DNA from: a virus
Lineage: Duplodnaviria > Caudoviricetes
Length of the DNA: 52,583 bases
Virus record (IMG/VR): IMGVR_UViG_3300010371_000043
Coordinates: 1-52,583 of that record
Strand: one strand, 5' to 3'
Part shown: one piece after another, positions 1 to 9,644 of the stretch
Numbering within the stretch: position 1 is the stretch's first letter
How the letters are laid out: the number at the start of each line of letters is the position of its first letter
Translations under genes and position numbers: made by a program
Notes under the pieces: generated by a model
Databases searched by the model: none
What the model was told of the DNA's origin: nothing
What the model saw: only the letters and a program-made list of their open reading frames with translations

Positions 1-1
1 A

Positions 2-805
2 CTGGCGACCCAGCGGATCGACAAGTTGCGCCATAACTTCGGTCAGATCGGCCTGCTATATGCGCAGTACCTCGGCATCAACCACGCCGCGATCCTGCAG
101 CAGGTCACCAACGCGGCGCTGGCGTTCGAGCAGTCGCTACGGAGTACGCAGGAAGAACGCCTCTGGATCGCGATGTGCGCCTGTCTGGTGGTGGGCGCCG
201 AACTCGGCAACAAGATGGGAGCCTCGTTCGATCCGCCCGCGCTGCGCGCCTTCCTGCTCGACGTCTACGCCAAGCAGCGCGCCATCCGGGACGCCTCGAA
301 CCTGCGCGCCGGCAGCAAGGACAGCGCCGAGGATATCCTGACGTACTACCTCAAGGCCAAGGTCGGCCGGAAGCAGTGCATCTGGACCGAAGGGCTGGCC
401 GCGGCGTTCGGGCGACCCAAGGACATCACCGTGCTCGGCGAGCCGCCGGCCAACACCCAGAACGATGGTCTCATGGTGCGCTTCAACGTCACCACCAGAC
501 AGATCATCTTCTCAAAGCGTGACTTCCACGGTTTCTGCCAACTGAACAAGTTCGCCTACCAGATCACGGAGGAGAGCCTGATCAAGGACTATGGCGCGTC
601 GCTGCAGAAACTGCTCCTAGGTGCGGGCACCAGCTACAAGCTCCTGCGCGAGCCCTGTATCGTGATCCCGACCCCTCCGGGAAGCGACCTAGAAGGGATG
701 CTCATGAACCGATCGGGACAGGCGACCGCCGGTGCGTCTGAACCGAACCCCTTAGACACCGGCATCGGAGCCCCTGATGGCAATATCGAACAAAGCCCTG
801 TTTAG
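2..805 (+). CDS. DUF927-type primase/helicase-associated replication protein, C-terminal part (5' truncated)
   Basis: Frame is open from position 2 (LATQRIDKLRHNFGQIGLLYAQYL...ERLW), resembling the NYG-x-AG-xx-Y segment of DUF927 helicases; no upstream start in the window. Confidence 0.6.
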   Translation: MATQRIDKLRHNFGQIGLLYAQYLGINHAAILQQVTNAALAFEQSLRSTQEERLWIAMCACLVVGAELGNKMGASFDPPALRAFLLDVYAKQRAIRDASNLRAGSKDSAEDILTYYLKAKVGRKQCIWTEGLAAAFGRPKDITVLGEPPANTQNDGLMVRFNVTTRQIIFSKRDFHGFCQLNKFAYQITEESLIKDYGASLQKLLLGAGTSYKLLREPCIVIPTPPGSDLEGMLMNRSGQATAGASEPNPLDTGIGAPDGNIEQSPV

Positions 806-1097
806 TATCGACCAATGCCTCTTGGCCGTGCGCGCGGAAATTATCCGCGCCAAGGAGAAGCATCCCGGCGACTTTCACGGGCCGCATGAAGCCTATGCGA
901 TCGCGCTGGAAGAAGTCGATGAACTCTGGGATAAGATCAAAAAGGACGGCGGCGGTCGCGACTTTGCGGCCTACAGGGAGGCGACGCAAGCCGCCGCCAT
1001 GTTCGTGCGATACATGGCAGAAGTCGCTCAGCCACAGCCGCATACGTCCCCGCAGCAGCCCCCAGCACCGCTGGACACAGTAGAGTTGGATGATTGA
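777..1097 (+). CDS. MazG-like nucleotide pyrophosphohydrolase-fold protein
   Basis: HEAYAIALEEVDELWDKIK and REATQAAAM match the EExxE...ExxQ pattern of small phage MazG-like proteins. Confidence 0.55.
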   Translation: MAISNKALFSIDQCLLAVRAEIIRAKEKHPGDFHGPHEAYAIALEEVDELWDKIKKDGGGRDFAAYREATQAAAMFVRYMAEVAQPQPHTSPQQPPAPLDTVELDD

Positions 1098-1254
1098 CGT
1101 AGAGGATCGTCGCAAGGCCGCTCACTAGGAGCAGCAGACCCGCAGAGAAGGACGCCCGCAAGGCGTCCTTTTTGCTGACGTGGAGGATGTAGAGCGCCCA
1201 TATGAAATCCACCACGAACATCAAAACGAACGCGAGGACCCACTCGCCGATCAC
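937..1254 (-). CDS. small multi-pass membrane protein
   Basis: GTG start overlaps the upstream stop (GTGA); three hydrophobic segments, ending ...PAVLGAAAGTYAAV. Confidence 0.55.
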   Translation of the reverse strand: MIGEWVLAFVLMFVVDFIWALYILHVSKKDALRASFSAGLLLLVSGLATILYVNHPTLLCPAVLGAAAGTYAAVAERLLPCIARTWRRLASPPCRPQSRDRRRPF

Positions 1255-1478
1255 TTGCTGTTCTCGATGATCTTGAGGGCTTGCTGCGGGGTCTCGTGAA
1301 TGAAGAAGCTCCCGTTCGAGGTGCTGATCTTCGCATTGGCGCCGGGTGCCCCGTCGGTCGCGTGGGTGACAGAGAGGATTTGATGTGGGTCGACCCAGAC
1401 CCCGTTGCCGTCCGGGGCAGTGAAGCAAGCCAGCACCAAGGAAAAGATCAGAAGGACCGGGGCGAGGAAATGCATCAT
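1251..1478 (-). CDS. small exported protein with FlbD/SwrD-like domain, 75 aa
   Basis: ATGA coupling to the upstream ORF; hydrophobic N-terminus ending VLAC; FTAPDG..VWVDPHQI...ETPQQALKII. Confidence 0.55.
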   Translation of the reverse strand: MMHFLAPVLLIFSLVLACFTAPDGNGVWVDPHQILSVTHATDGAPGANAKISTSNGSFFIHETPQQALKIIENSK

Positions 1479-1639
1479 GACCGCACCTGTGTTGCTCTGA
1501 ACTGCAGCTTGCCCCCTTCGGCAACGCGGTAGTCCACTCGATGGATCAAACCACACTGACAGCACTGCTCTCGCTGCCCCTTCCATTCGACGGTGACCCA
1601 ATCCCCGTCATCGATTTGTACAATCGGCCGCTTGGGCAT
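1475..1639 (-). CDS. small Cys-rich protein, 54 aa (absent from ORF track)
   Basis: Hand translation MPKRPIVQIDDGDWVTVEWKGQREQCCQCGLIHRVDYRVAEGGKLQFRATQVRS; CCxCGLxH motif; stop overlaps the next ATG. Confidence 0.6.
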   Translation of the reverse strand: MPKRPIVQIDDGDWVTVEWKGQREQCCQCGLIHRVDYRVAEGGKLQFRATQVRS

Positions 1640-1839
1640 CAGTCTGCTCCCACGAGCCAGTCTGGATTTTCGACGCTCTCGAACACATGCGCGTCGTCAT
1701 CCACAAGGTGGTAGCGTCGCTTCCGTGGCGGCGCGATCGTGGTGTTCTTTCTTTTCACCTTTCGAGGGCGGGACATCGTGAAGTTCCGAACATTTACGAC
1801 AGAGAAAAGTTGGCATGGCGTGGGGGCAGTCGGCGGTGA

Positions 1840-2034
1840 TCACGGTAGGGGGAGGTCCTTGTCGCCGGTGCGCTTCGAGACACCCTTGCTGGACCCCTTG
1901 GTGTAGTCCTGCTTGTTCGGCGGCCCTAATTCGCCGCACTCGTCGTCCTTGAGGAACGACCGGGTACGCAAAAGCGTAGGGCCGCCCTTTGCGGCGTCGA
2001 GGTCTCGTGGCATTTCGCCCTTGGTGAGTTTCAT
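1840..2034 (-). CDS. hypothetical protein, 64 aa
   Basis: AGGAG RBS upstream of ATG; lies downstream of a CtrA-like box. Confidence 0.6.
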   Translation of the reverse strand: MKLTKGEMPRDLDAAKGGPTLLRTRSFLKDDECGELGPPNKQDYTKGSSKGVSKRTGDKDLPLP

Positions 2035-2064
2035 GTTCGTGCTCCTGCCTGCAGTTCGACCGCT

Positions 2065-2081
2065 GTTACCGGGACGGTAAC
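2065..2081. promoter_or_regulatory. palindrome GTTACCG-N3-CGGTAAC, copy 1 (perfect, intergenic)
   Basis: GTTACCGGGACGGTAAC, inside a 13-bp-arm inverted repeat 2059-2087; overlaps the putative -10 (TACCGT, minus strand). Confidence 0.7.
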
Positions 2082-2090
2082 AGCGGTGCC

Positions 2091-2105
2091 TTAATGACCA
2101 ACTAA
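2091..2105 (-). promoter_or_regulatory. CtrA-like box (1 mismatch)
   Basis: TTAA-TGACCAA-CTAA, 57 nt upstream of ATG 2034; TACCGT follows 11 nt downstream on the minus strand; includes a TAA stop codon. Confidence 0.5.
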
Positions 2106-5100
2106 TTTGTTCACGCCCTTCTCAATCAGGCCGGCGGGGCGCTTCTCGCGGGACCGCTCGCTCTGAGCGTTCCGTTTTGGTAGCTGATGCAACCACTTAC
2201 GGGCCGCCGGGCTGGGGTTTTTCTGGTCGGCTAGCTGGTCCCGGATAGCAGCGCCCGGCCCCTCCCCTTTGTGCCACGCGTTGGAGGCGGTGCTGTACGG
2301 GCTGATCGCCGATCGGGCAACCCAGTCCACGGCTTGGCCGGCCGCCATGGCGGCGTCCGTAGGATGGCCCTTGGCGGCCCGCGAGAGCGTCCCGGGATCG
2401 ACGATGGCTTTCCCGTTATAGTCCTTGCCGCCCGTCAGAAGCTGCCATACGGCCGTGGTGAGGGGTGCCAAGGTGAAGGTGCTGCGCGCGAACGAGGTGA
2501 GGTCCTCTTCGCCCCGGAGTGAGGCGGCGACATGCGACGGGACCGCCAGCGGCCCGCGGCGCTGCTGCGATGCGTCCGGGTTGCCAGTGAGATACCGCGC
2601 CAGCTTGTCCATTTCGTAGTAGATACCGCCCAGCGCGGCGAGCGCCACGATATTGCCGGCGGCCTCGGCCTTGTCCCTCCCGTTGCCGTGGACGACGTCC
2701 TTGAAGATGTTGGCGTAGCCGTTCCACACCCCGTAGTGGTAGTTACCGAACATGAAGACGGATTTTTCCCGCATCAGCTTGGCAATGGCGCGGCTTCCCA
2801 TCACGTTCATCGGGATGTCGTAGTTCGGCATGTGGCGCTCAAGGTCCACGATGGCGTCGCGCATCGTCATCCCCTCAGCCATACGTTCCTTGACACCTTG
2901 CGTGATCATGACGTCGTGGGCGGCCCACAGAATGTTGCGGGAATTTCTGTAAATCGCCTTCACAAGATCGGTGGGGCCGACACCGAACTTCTTGGCGACC
3001 GGGTCCCATTTTGACGGGTTGATCTCGAACTCGTGCCCGAGGCGATCGGCAAACGCCTCGACGAAATTATGCATCCGCAGCGGGCGATAGATCAGGCTCG
3101 CGCCGTTGTCCGCCAACTGCCGTTGAAACGCGTCCTGCTTCATGACCGAAGCAAGACTGTCGGCAGACGTACTGGCCAGCCGACCGTACTGTTGCGGCAA
3201 CAGCCAACGATAGCCGCGCGCCACGAACGCGTGGGTTAATTCGTTGAACATGTGCGGGATCGGGTTCCAGAACAAGGTCTTGGCCAGCGCCGTGTTGACG
3301 CGGCGCACGACGTCAAGGGCGCTATCGTTGAGGCCCGGCTTGGCAAAGTTGTCGAGGACGTCCGCGATGTGGGGGTCCATGCGATACCCGTCAAAATTCG
3401 GTAGCTTGGTGGTCACCCAACCTTCTTTCGCCTCGTGGCCCTTCGCTGCGAGAAGGCCCATGTCCTGCAACTGCTTTTTGACTTCCTCCATCGCGTTCAG
3501 GCCGTCCCACAGATCACGCAGTTCTTGGTGGGCAATGCCCGCCGACAGGACGGGATCGTGGTAGTAGCGCACGCGCATACCGTTCTCGAAGCGCGCGTTG
3601 TCTTCGATCTCGTCGGTCAGGGCCTGTGTCATCGTGTAGCTATCGTTGCCGACCTTGTAGTGTTCGCCTTCTTTGAACTCGAAGTCCGGGTCGCGGATGC
3701 GGGTGGCCTTCCCGTCGTCGAAGACGGTGTACCCATCCTTGTTGACGTGAATGACGAACCGTTTGCCGTCGGCGTCACTCTGCATCGCCATGAACGGCCG
3801 ATCCTTACCCGTCGATTGGGCACGCGTGTTGACGGCACTCAGATCGAGTTTACCACCAGCGACCGGATCATCGTCTTCCTTGAGGATATTATACTCGGCT
3901 GTCGACCCCTTGGTGACGCGCATGACATGGGTCGGTGTCTTCACTTTCGCCGCAAGCACCCCGGGGAATTTATCAAGGATGGCGTCATAGAGCGCCGTAT
4001 TCTTTTCGAACATCGGCTTGACGTACGAGTTGAACGCGGCTTCCTCCGCGGGCGGCAAAGAAGAGAGGTCGTTGCGCTCCCACGCACGATAGGCGCGTTC
4101 CAGCGCTTTCTTGTCGTCCAGAGGCTTGGGGAGATCGTCCGCCCAGTCCATGATGTCATATTTGGTGCTCGTGCTGTCGCGGCCCACCTGTGTCAGGAGC
4201 CGATTGGCATCACGACCAGCTTCCTCGGCGGATGATTTAGCGTCGCGGGCGAAGCTCCATTTCGGTACGACCTTCTTCCAGTAGTCGCGGATGCCGGATA
4301 CAGCGTCGCCCGCACCCTCGAACCCGCCAAGGCCGCCACCTGTCGTGTCGTTGACGAAGTGGTCGAACAAATCCTTGACAACGCCTTTCTTCTGGGCGGC
4401 CTTGTTGACCTTGGCACGTTTTTCAGCTTCAGCGGCCTCCGCTTCAGCATCTTTCGCCCTAGCGGCTTCCGCGGCCTTCCCATAGGCGTTCTTGGGCTCC
4501 GGTGGTTTGACACCGGCTCCCTGCGCCGCGAGACGTGCGGCCTTCTGCCGGGCCATTTTTTCAGCGACGGTCTCCGTCGGTGCCTCGTTGATCGGTTCCG
4601 CAGGCTTTTTACCGGCTGCGAGCAGCGCGTCGGCGATTTTCTCCACGTCCGCGGGCTTCGACATGTCATAGTCGGGCTTCGGCTGCGGCAGGTCGGCCGC
4701 CGACGTGACGTTCTTCACTTCGGCGCTATCGGGCGTCTCTTCGAGGTCAGGCGCGGCGTGTGTCTCCATCGCCTGCTCAGCGGTCGGCCCCCGGCGCTTC
4801 TCGATATCGGCGTTGATGCGGTTGGTCTGCCGCGAGATATCCACCCCGGTCTTCTCGGGATCGCGAAGCAGTTTTTCTTCGGCCAAAAATCTATCGACGC
4901 CGATCCGCTTGTTCACGAGATCGCGCGCCTGCTTGGCCATCATGTACTCAGCCGGCTTCTTCGCCGCCTTGAGCGTAATCATATGTTGCGCGGCGTCCTT
5001 ATAGAGCGCAGCGGCGCGAGCGCGGGTTTCCTCGGGAGTTTCGAGATTACCGTCGCCGGCGTTGGCACCCTTCGGCGGGGCGTGCTCGTCGAACGCCGTC

Positions 5101-7220
5101 TTGAGCCCATCATAGGCGGCCTGTTTCTGCGCGGCCTCGTCCTTGTTCTTGGCCTCGACCGTGATGTCGCCCATCTTGACTTTGAGGTTGTCGCGGTTGC
5201 CCGGCACGCGCGGGACCTGCAACTCCTGCTTCGGCGCGACGCCGGTGGTGGCCACCTTATAGACGGTCGCCGCCTTCTTGATCTGGTCGGCAACAGGCAG
5301 CGCCTCGAACGCGTCAGCGGCCTTGTCATTGCCGGCGTCGCGCATCGCCTTGATCGCCTTACCGACCACCTCGGGTAGCGGCTTCTCGCCCATAGTCGCA
5401 CCGCTCGCCAACGCGGCCTGCGCGCGGCTTGCAAGGTCATCACCCACAATTGATTGTGACTTTTCCGTCACATTCGTATCTGACGGCGCGTTCTGATCCG
5501 TTAAGGTTTTTTCACCTTCTTGTGGAGCCACAGGTCGCTGAACACCCTCCTCGAAAGTTTTGGAGAAGGGCTTCGTCTTCTTGGCAGGCTTGGCGAGCCA
5601 ATTTTTAAGATCATCCTCAGACACCTTCGTAATGGCGCCCAGTCGTTCAGGACCACGGCCGTCAGAAAAGCCTGCGTTGTAAAGTTCACGAACGCGGTCA
5701 GGCGTCGTCGTCCCGGCGAACACCTTGTGCTCGTCGAACTTGCCGGTGTCGGCATCTTTCTGGTCGACGACATAGGTGTTCTCCCCGCCTTTGGGATCGA
5801 ACGCGATGTCGACGTTGTCACCGTCGGCTCCGCGCGTCCCTTTGAGATCGCCGTAGTGATACGGCATCTGGACTTCCCACGGCACGGGGGCGCCGGGCTT
5901 GGACTTGCGGATCGAACCCTCCGCGTTCTCGATCGAGATTTTCTTCCCAGCGAACGTGCCGGGTGGGTGGCCCTTCTGGAAATTGTCCGCGTCGATCTGC
6001 GCCGGCGACGGCGTCGGGTGCGCGTCCGACGCGGCCGTGTTGACGCGATCACTCAGTGTGAGCGTCGGCTTCGCCTTGTTCACCTGCGCGGCGGCACTCT
6101 CGATGCCGGTGTCGATCGGTGCCTCAGCAGGCTTTGTTACCGCGGCGGTAACGGGCGCTTGCGGCGCGATCCCCGTCTCCACCGGCGTGCCCGAGGGCTG
6201 CGTGTCGGCGACCTTCTGGATGCCGGTGTCGATCGGGATTTGCTCACCGGGATTACCCGTCATCGGGCGCGGCACGTTGGGGGTGCTCCGCACGAGTGGG
6301 TTCCCTGCCTCAGTCGGCGCGACGCCGGGTTGGTTGTCGCCGGCAAGGGCGGCACCAATATCAGGCGCCACGTCGCCCTTGGAGAGCATGTCCTTCTGGC
6401 CGCCGGTGACAAAGTTCTTCGCTTTGCTGTAAAGTGTCTCCGACCGCTCCGTGTTCAGGGTAGCCGGCGAGATATCGTCCTCGCTCGCTCGCGCCGGGTC
6501 TACGGCCGGCGCTGGTACGTTGGGGCGGCCGGGGACGAACTTCCCCGCCATCCGACGACCGATGCCCACGGCGGCCTCGCCGAGGCGATTGGTGTTGGGT
6601 GCCAGTGCAAAGGCGCCGGCGTTCATGGCGATTGCAGCCGGGTCCCAGTCGCCCTTGCCGGCAGCTTGTTGGCCGGCTTCCATACCACCACCAACGACTG
6701 CCGCGGCACCGCGCTGCACGAGTGAGGCTGGCGTGAACGGGTTCATCCCCACCAGACTGCCCACGATGTCGCCCGCAGTGGAGGATTTGGGGTTAGCCTG
6801 CGCATCGGCGGCCATCTGGGCTTCGTCGTTCCACCCGATGGCCTCCTTGGCTTTGTCCTGCGCCCGCTTCGCCAGATAGGCGTTGACGAGCGCACCAGCG
6901 CCCGCACCCACGAACCTACCGACCGCGGCACCGACGGGGCCTAGCGGCGCACCGAGCGCAGCACCGACTGCCTCACCTGTACCCGCACCCGCAAGGCTGG
7001 CGACACCGGGAACTACCGTATTGGCGACATGGCGCACGAACGAACGCACAGGACTTTCGTGCTCTGGCTTCTCGTCGAACTGGGCAAATGGGTTATCAGC
7101 TTCTGCTTTGGGCGCCGGACCGAACTGGGCAAAGGGGTTCTCTCCGTCGCTTCCACCCTGCGGCGTCTGCGACTGGTTATCGTCCGCTTCGTCGAACTGA
7201 GCGAAGGGATTATCGGCCAT
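2091..7220 (-). CDS. large internal virion/DNA-ejection polyvalent protein with inorganic pyrophosphatase-like (InPase) domain
   Basis: 1709 aa at the end of the virion module; three N-terminal NPFAQF repeats; Gly/Ala-rich segment; ISIENxxGSxR...YG...GADGDxVD...FDEHKV motif at about 5590-6020. Confidence 0.75.
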   Translation of the reverse strand: MADNPFAQFDEADDNQSQTPQGGSDGENPFAQFGPAPKAEADNPFAQFDEKPEHESPVRSFVRHVANTVVPGVASLAGAGTGEAVGAALGAPLGPVGAAVGRFVGAGAGALVNAYLAKRAQDKAKEAIGWNDEAQMAADAQANPKSSTAGDIVGSLVGMNPFTPASLVQRGAAAVVGGGMEAGQQAAGKGDWDPAAIAMNAGAFALAPNTNRLGEAAVGIGRRMAGKFVPGRPNVPAPAVDPARASEDDISPATLNTERSETLYSKAKNFVTGGQKDMLSKGDVAPDIGAALAGDNQPGVAPTEAGNPLVRSTPNVPRPMTGNPGEQIPIDTGIQKVADTQPSGTPVETGIAPQAPVTAAVTKPAEAPIDTGIESAAAQVNKAKPTLTLSDRVNTAASDAHPTPSPAQIDADNFQKGHPPGTFAGKKISIENAEGSIRKSKPGAPVPWEVQMPYHYGDLKGTRGADGDNVDIAFDPKGGENTYVVDQKDADTGKFDEHKVFAGTTTPDRVRELYNAGFSDGRGPERLGAITKVSEDDLKNWLAKPAKKTKPFSKTFEEGVQRPVAPQEGEKTLTDQNAPSDTNVTEKSQSIVGDDLASRAQAALASGATMGEKPLPEVVGKAIKAMRDAGNDKAADAFEALPVADQIKKAATVYKVATTGVAPKQELQVPRVPGNRDNLKVKMGDITVEAKNKDEAAQKQAAYDGLKTAFDEHAPPKGANAGDGNLETPEETRARAAALYKDAAQHMITLKAAKKPAEYMMAKQARDLVNKRIGVDRFLAEEKLLRDPEKTGVDISRQTNRINADIEKRRGPTAEQAMETHAAPDLEETPDSAEVKNVTSAADLPQPKPDYDMSKPADVEKIADALLAAGKKPAEPINEAPTETVAEKMARQKAARLAAQGAGVKPPEPKNAYGKAAEAARAKDAEAEAAEAEKRAKVNKAAQKKGVVKDLFDHFVNDTTGGGLGGFEGAGDAVSGIRDYWKKVVPKWSFARDAKSSAEEAGRDANRLLTQVGRDSTSTKYDIMDWADDLPKPLDDKKALERAYRAWERNDLSSLPPAEEAAFNSYVKPMFEKNTALYDAILDKFPGVLAAKVKTPTHVMRVTKGSTAEYNILKEDDDPVAGGKLDLSAVNTRAQSTGKDRPFMAMQSDADGKRFVIHVNKDGYTVFDDGKATRIRDPDFEFKEGEHYKVGNDSYTMTQALTDEIEDNARFENGMRVRYYHDPVLSAGIAHQELRDLWDGLNAMEEVKKQLQDMGLLAAKGHEAKEGWVTTKLPNFDGYRMDPHIADVLDNFAKPGLNDSALDVVRRVNTALAKTLFWNPIPHMFNELTHAFVARGYRWLLPQQYGRLASTSADSLASVMKQDAFQRQLADNGASLIYRPLRMHNFVEAFADRLGHEFEINPSKWDPVAKKFGVGPTDLVKAIYRNSRNILWAAHDVMITQGVKERMAEGMTMRDAIVDLERHMPNYDIPMNVMGSRAIAKLMREKSVFMFGNYHYGVWNGYANIFKDVVHGNGRDKAEAAGNIVALAALGGIYYEMDKLARYLTGNPDASQQRRGPLAVPSHVAASLRGEEDLTSFARSTFTLAPLTTAVWQLLTGGKDYNGKAIVDPGTLSRAAKGHPTDAAMAAGQAVDWVARSAISPYSTASNAWHKGEGPGAAIRDQLADQKNPSPAARKWLHQLPKRNAQSERSREKRPAGLIEKGVNKLVGH
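6136..6152. promoter_or_regulatory. palindrome copy 2 (perfect, intragenic)
   Basis: GTTACCGCGGCGGTAAC, encodes VTAAVT. Confidence 0.6.
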
Positions 7221-7224
7221 GGTC

Positions 7225-8772
7225 CTACTGTCCTAATACGGCCTCGGCTGCTCCGGGTCCGTACCAGTCGTCAAAATGCGCAGCAAGCTGTGGATTTTTC
7301 CTTAACATATCTATCGCCGCGGGCGGCGCGCTGCTACCGGCGGCGCGGGCCCCCTTCTGCGCCGGGTTACCCCGCGCGGTGGACGTGATCGGCGCCGCGG
7401 GCGCCTCCTGCTGGGGGAACGGCACATTCAATTTCTTGTAGATATCTGCGATATCCATGTCGGGATGCGCCGCCTGTTCCGCCCGGACTGCGCGCCCTTG
7501 TTCACGCATGACTTGCGCCTGTTGCGAGGTACCCGCCGCGTTGATCTTGCGGTTGATATCGTCCTCGAACGCATCGGCACGCACCTTGGCGGCGTCCACA
7601 CGACCACCGGCCGTCGCCTGCGCAGCCCCAACACGAAAGCCGCCGGTGATGGCCGCCCGCTGGTTAGCGAGCTTGCCCTTCTCCTGTGCGACCTCGACGG
7701 CGTTCTCGTTGTTCTCGCGCTGGCTGCGCTGCTGCGCGATCCACGCGTTGCGTTGCGCCCCCTGTGACGCCCACGGAAAACGCTTGTTACCTTCTTCGAG
7801 AAGACGATCCTCGCTGGCTCTATAGTCCTCGTCGTCCTTTTTCTTCTGGTCGGCGTCGGCCTTGTCTTGGTTGCCCTTCGCTATACCCGCCTTGGCAGCG
7901 TCGACGTCGAGATCGCCCTTGCCGGCTTCACCACCCTGTGGTGCCTGCGCTTGATCCTTACCGCCGGGCGCACTGTCGTCCTCGTCATCGCTACCGTAGA
8001 ACGGCTTGGCGCCGACCTGCCGCATGGCGCCGGCAACGCCGCCGGTCTGCATGAGGCGATCGAACTGGCTGGTCTTGGACAGATCGAGGTATTGCCCGAA
8101 CTGATCCTTCGTCATATCGTAGCTGGTCTTTTTTCCCTGCGGGTCCGTGACTATGGCAGTCACGCCCCTGCCGTCGACATGAAACGTCGAAGACGAACCA
8201 TCGACGACATGAGCGCTGGCCTGCGTCGCCGCGGTGGCGGCTGCGTCGAGGTCGGGGGCCTTGCCGTCGACGCCATGGAAGGCGGCGTTGGCAAACGACT
8301 GTTTGGAGTTGAAGGCGCCGCGCTGATATTGGAGCATTTCCCACGTATCGTTCATCCCACCCTTGGCACCGCCCATCACCGTGGCGAGCAAATTGGCCTG
8401 ATTGTCGTTGGCACCTTGCGCCTTGAACGCGTCGACCCGCTGTTGTGCTTCCTGCGGGTCCTTGGCACCCTTCGACATCAGGAGGGATGCGATCATCTGC
8501 GTGCCGGGGAAAGGTCGACCGCCGGGCTGTTCCTCCGGGTTCGGGTTCGCTGCCGGCTGCTTCTGCATATCCGTGCCCGCGTTGGCAAGGTTGGAGAGCC
8601 CTTGCCCCACGGCTGCGCCGGCCCGCGCGATCGGGTTGTTGACGGGACCCGGACCATAGACTTGCTCTGGCGACTGATTACTGTCTGGAATGCCCTGATC
8701 GGGTCCCATGCTTGTCGGAGTAGCAGGGGACGCCCCGTCATCAGCCGGAATTGCCTGATCTTCGTCTTCCAT
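7225..8772 (-). CDS. putative internal virion (ejection) protein
   Basis: 515 aa, rich in Ala/Gln/Gly, GAGGAG RBS, located between the tail genes and the large ejection protein. Confidence 0.6.
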   Translation of the reverse strand: MEDEDQAIPADDGASPATPTSMGPDQGIPDSNQSPEQVYGPGPVNNPIARAGAAVGQGLSNLANAGTDMQKQPAANPNPEEQPGGRPFPGTQMIASLLMSKGAKDPQEAQQRVDAFKAQGANDNQANLLATVMGGAKGGMNDTWEMLQYQRGAFNSKQSFANAAFHGVDGKAPDLDAAATAATQASAHVVDGSSSTFHVDGRGVTAIVTDPQGKKTSYDMTKDQFGQYLDLSKTSQFDRLMQTGGVAGAMRQVGAKPFYGSDDEDDSAPGGKDQAQAPQGGEAGKGDLDVDAAKAGIAKGNQDKADADQKKKDDEDYRASEDRLLEEGNKRFPWASQGAQRNAWIAQQRSQRENNENAVEVAQEKGKLANQRAAITGGFRVGAAQATAGGRVDAAKVRADAFEDDINRKINAAGTSQQAQVMREQGRAVRAEQAAHPDMDIADIYKKLNVPFPQQEAPAAPITSTARGNPAQKGARAAGSSAPPAAIDMLRKNPQLAAHFDDWYGPGAAEAVLGQ

Positions 8773-9644
8773 CACTGCTCCTCGTCGGGGATCGCACCCT
8801 TGGTGTTGTCGACGTCGTTGATGCCGGCCTGCTGCGAGAGCGGGTTCTCGGACTGATCATCGAGCGGGATCGCGCGCTGCGCGAGGTCGTAAGCCTTCCC
8901 CTCGAAGTTGTTGACCGCCTGCGACGCCGGGTTCATCGGCGGGTTATTGCGCCGGTCCTCGACGTTCGGGGACCGGTTGAAGTCCTGATACCGCGGCGAC
9001 CCCACGCCGGCGCTCCCGGCCTGACTGTCCTGCTGGCCCGCAGGGAGCCCTGAGGTGGCGCCGCTGAGCCCGTGAAGCTGGTAGCCATAGGAGAGCGCGT
9101 TGTTCACCTTGGAGATCGCATCGTTGACCATCGACTGCCATTTGCTGCCACTATCACTGCTATCACTGCCTGCATCGGGAGTGCTGGCATCGCTGTCGTT
9201 ATCGCCGTCGCCATCGGTCACTAGGCCACCTTCTGCGTATCCCATGGCTTTATCCCATGCGGTAACCTGATCTTGGCTCTCGCCGCTGCCTTTGAGCATA
9301 CTGTCGTTGATGCCAGCGAGGTTCGAGGCGTTCTCACCACCGGGACCACCGACCCCGGGACCGTTGGCATTGACCGCGTCGTAGACCTGCCCCGTTGTCG
9401 GGTCCTTGGTCCACTTGCCGCTGTTCTCCCCGAGGGACGCATACATGGCGTTCTGCGATCCGGCGTCGTTCATGTTCCAGCCACCCCACTGCACTTGCCA
9501 CGGGTCGGCACCGCCCGTCGGCGTCATACCGGGGTCCTGCATGGTGGGTGGGTTCGGCGATCCGACGGCGCTGGGATTATCGCCACTACCACCGCCGCTC
9601 GCACCTGCGGCGCCATCCTGTGAGAAATCGCGAGGACCGGCCAT
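8772..9644 (-). CDS. putative internal virion protein
   Basis: 290 aa low complexity; GYAEGGLV and RSPNVEDRR motifs; translationally coupled on both sides. Confidence 0.55.
   Translation of the reverse strand: MAGPRDFSQDGAAGASGGGSGDNPSAVGSPNPPTMQDPGMTPTGGADPWQVQWGGWNMNDAGSQNAMYASLGENSGKWTKDPTTGQVYDAVNANGPGVGGPGGENASNLAGINDSMLKGSGESQDQVTAWDKAMGYAEGGLVTDGDGDNDSDASTPDAGSDSSDSGSKWQSMVNDAISKVNNALSYGYQLHGLSGATSGLPAGQQDSQAGSAGVGSPRYQDFNRSPNVEDRRNNPPMNPASQAVNNFEGKAYDLAQRAIPLDDQSENPLSQQAGINDVDNTKGAIPDEEQ

Noticed and set aside
1639-1843. Two competing small minus-strand ORFs (1697-1843, MITADCPH...; 1639-1776, MSRPRKVK...)
   Set aside because: Each is coupled at only one end and they overlap; I cannot tell which, if either, is real.
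5520-6725. 401-aa plus-strand ORF and similar long ORFs (4359-5378, 7867-8856, 9395-10525, 27517-28431, 36815-37906)
   Set aside because: Antisense shadows of GC-rich genes with recognisable motifs; Arg-rich, no RBS or domain features.
9250-9266. Half-sites of the palindrome (also 11341, 14064, 33574)
   Set aside because: Three or more mismatches in the other arm; compatible with chance.
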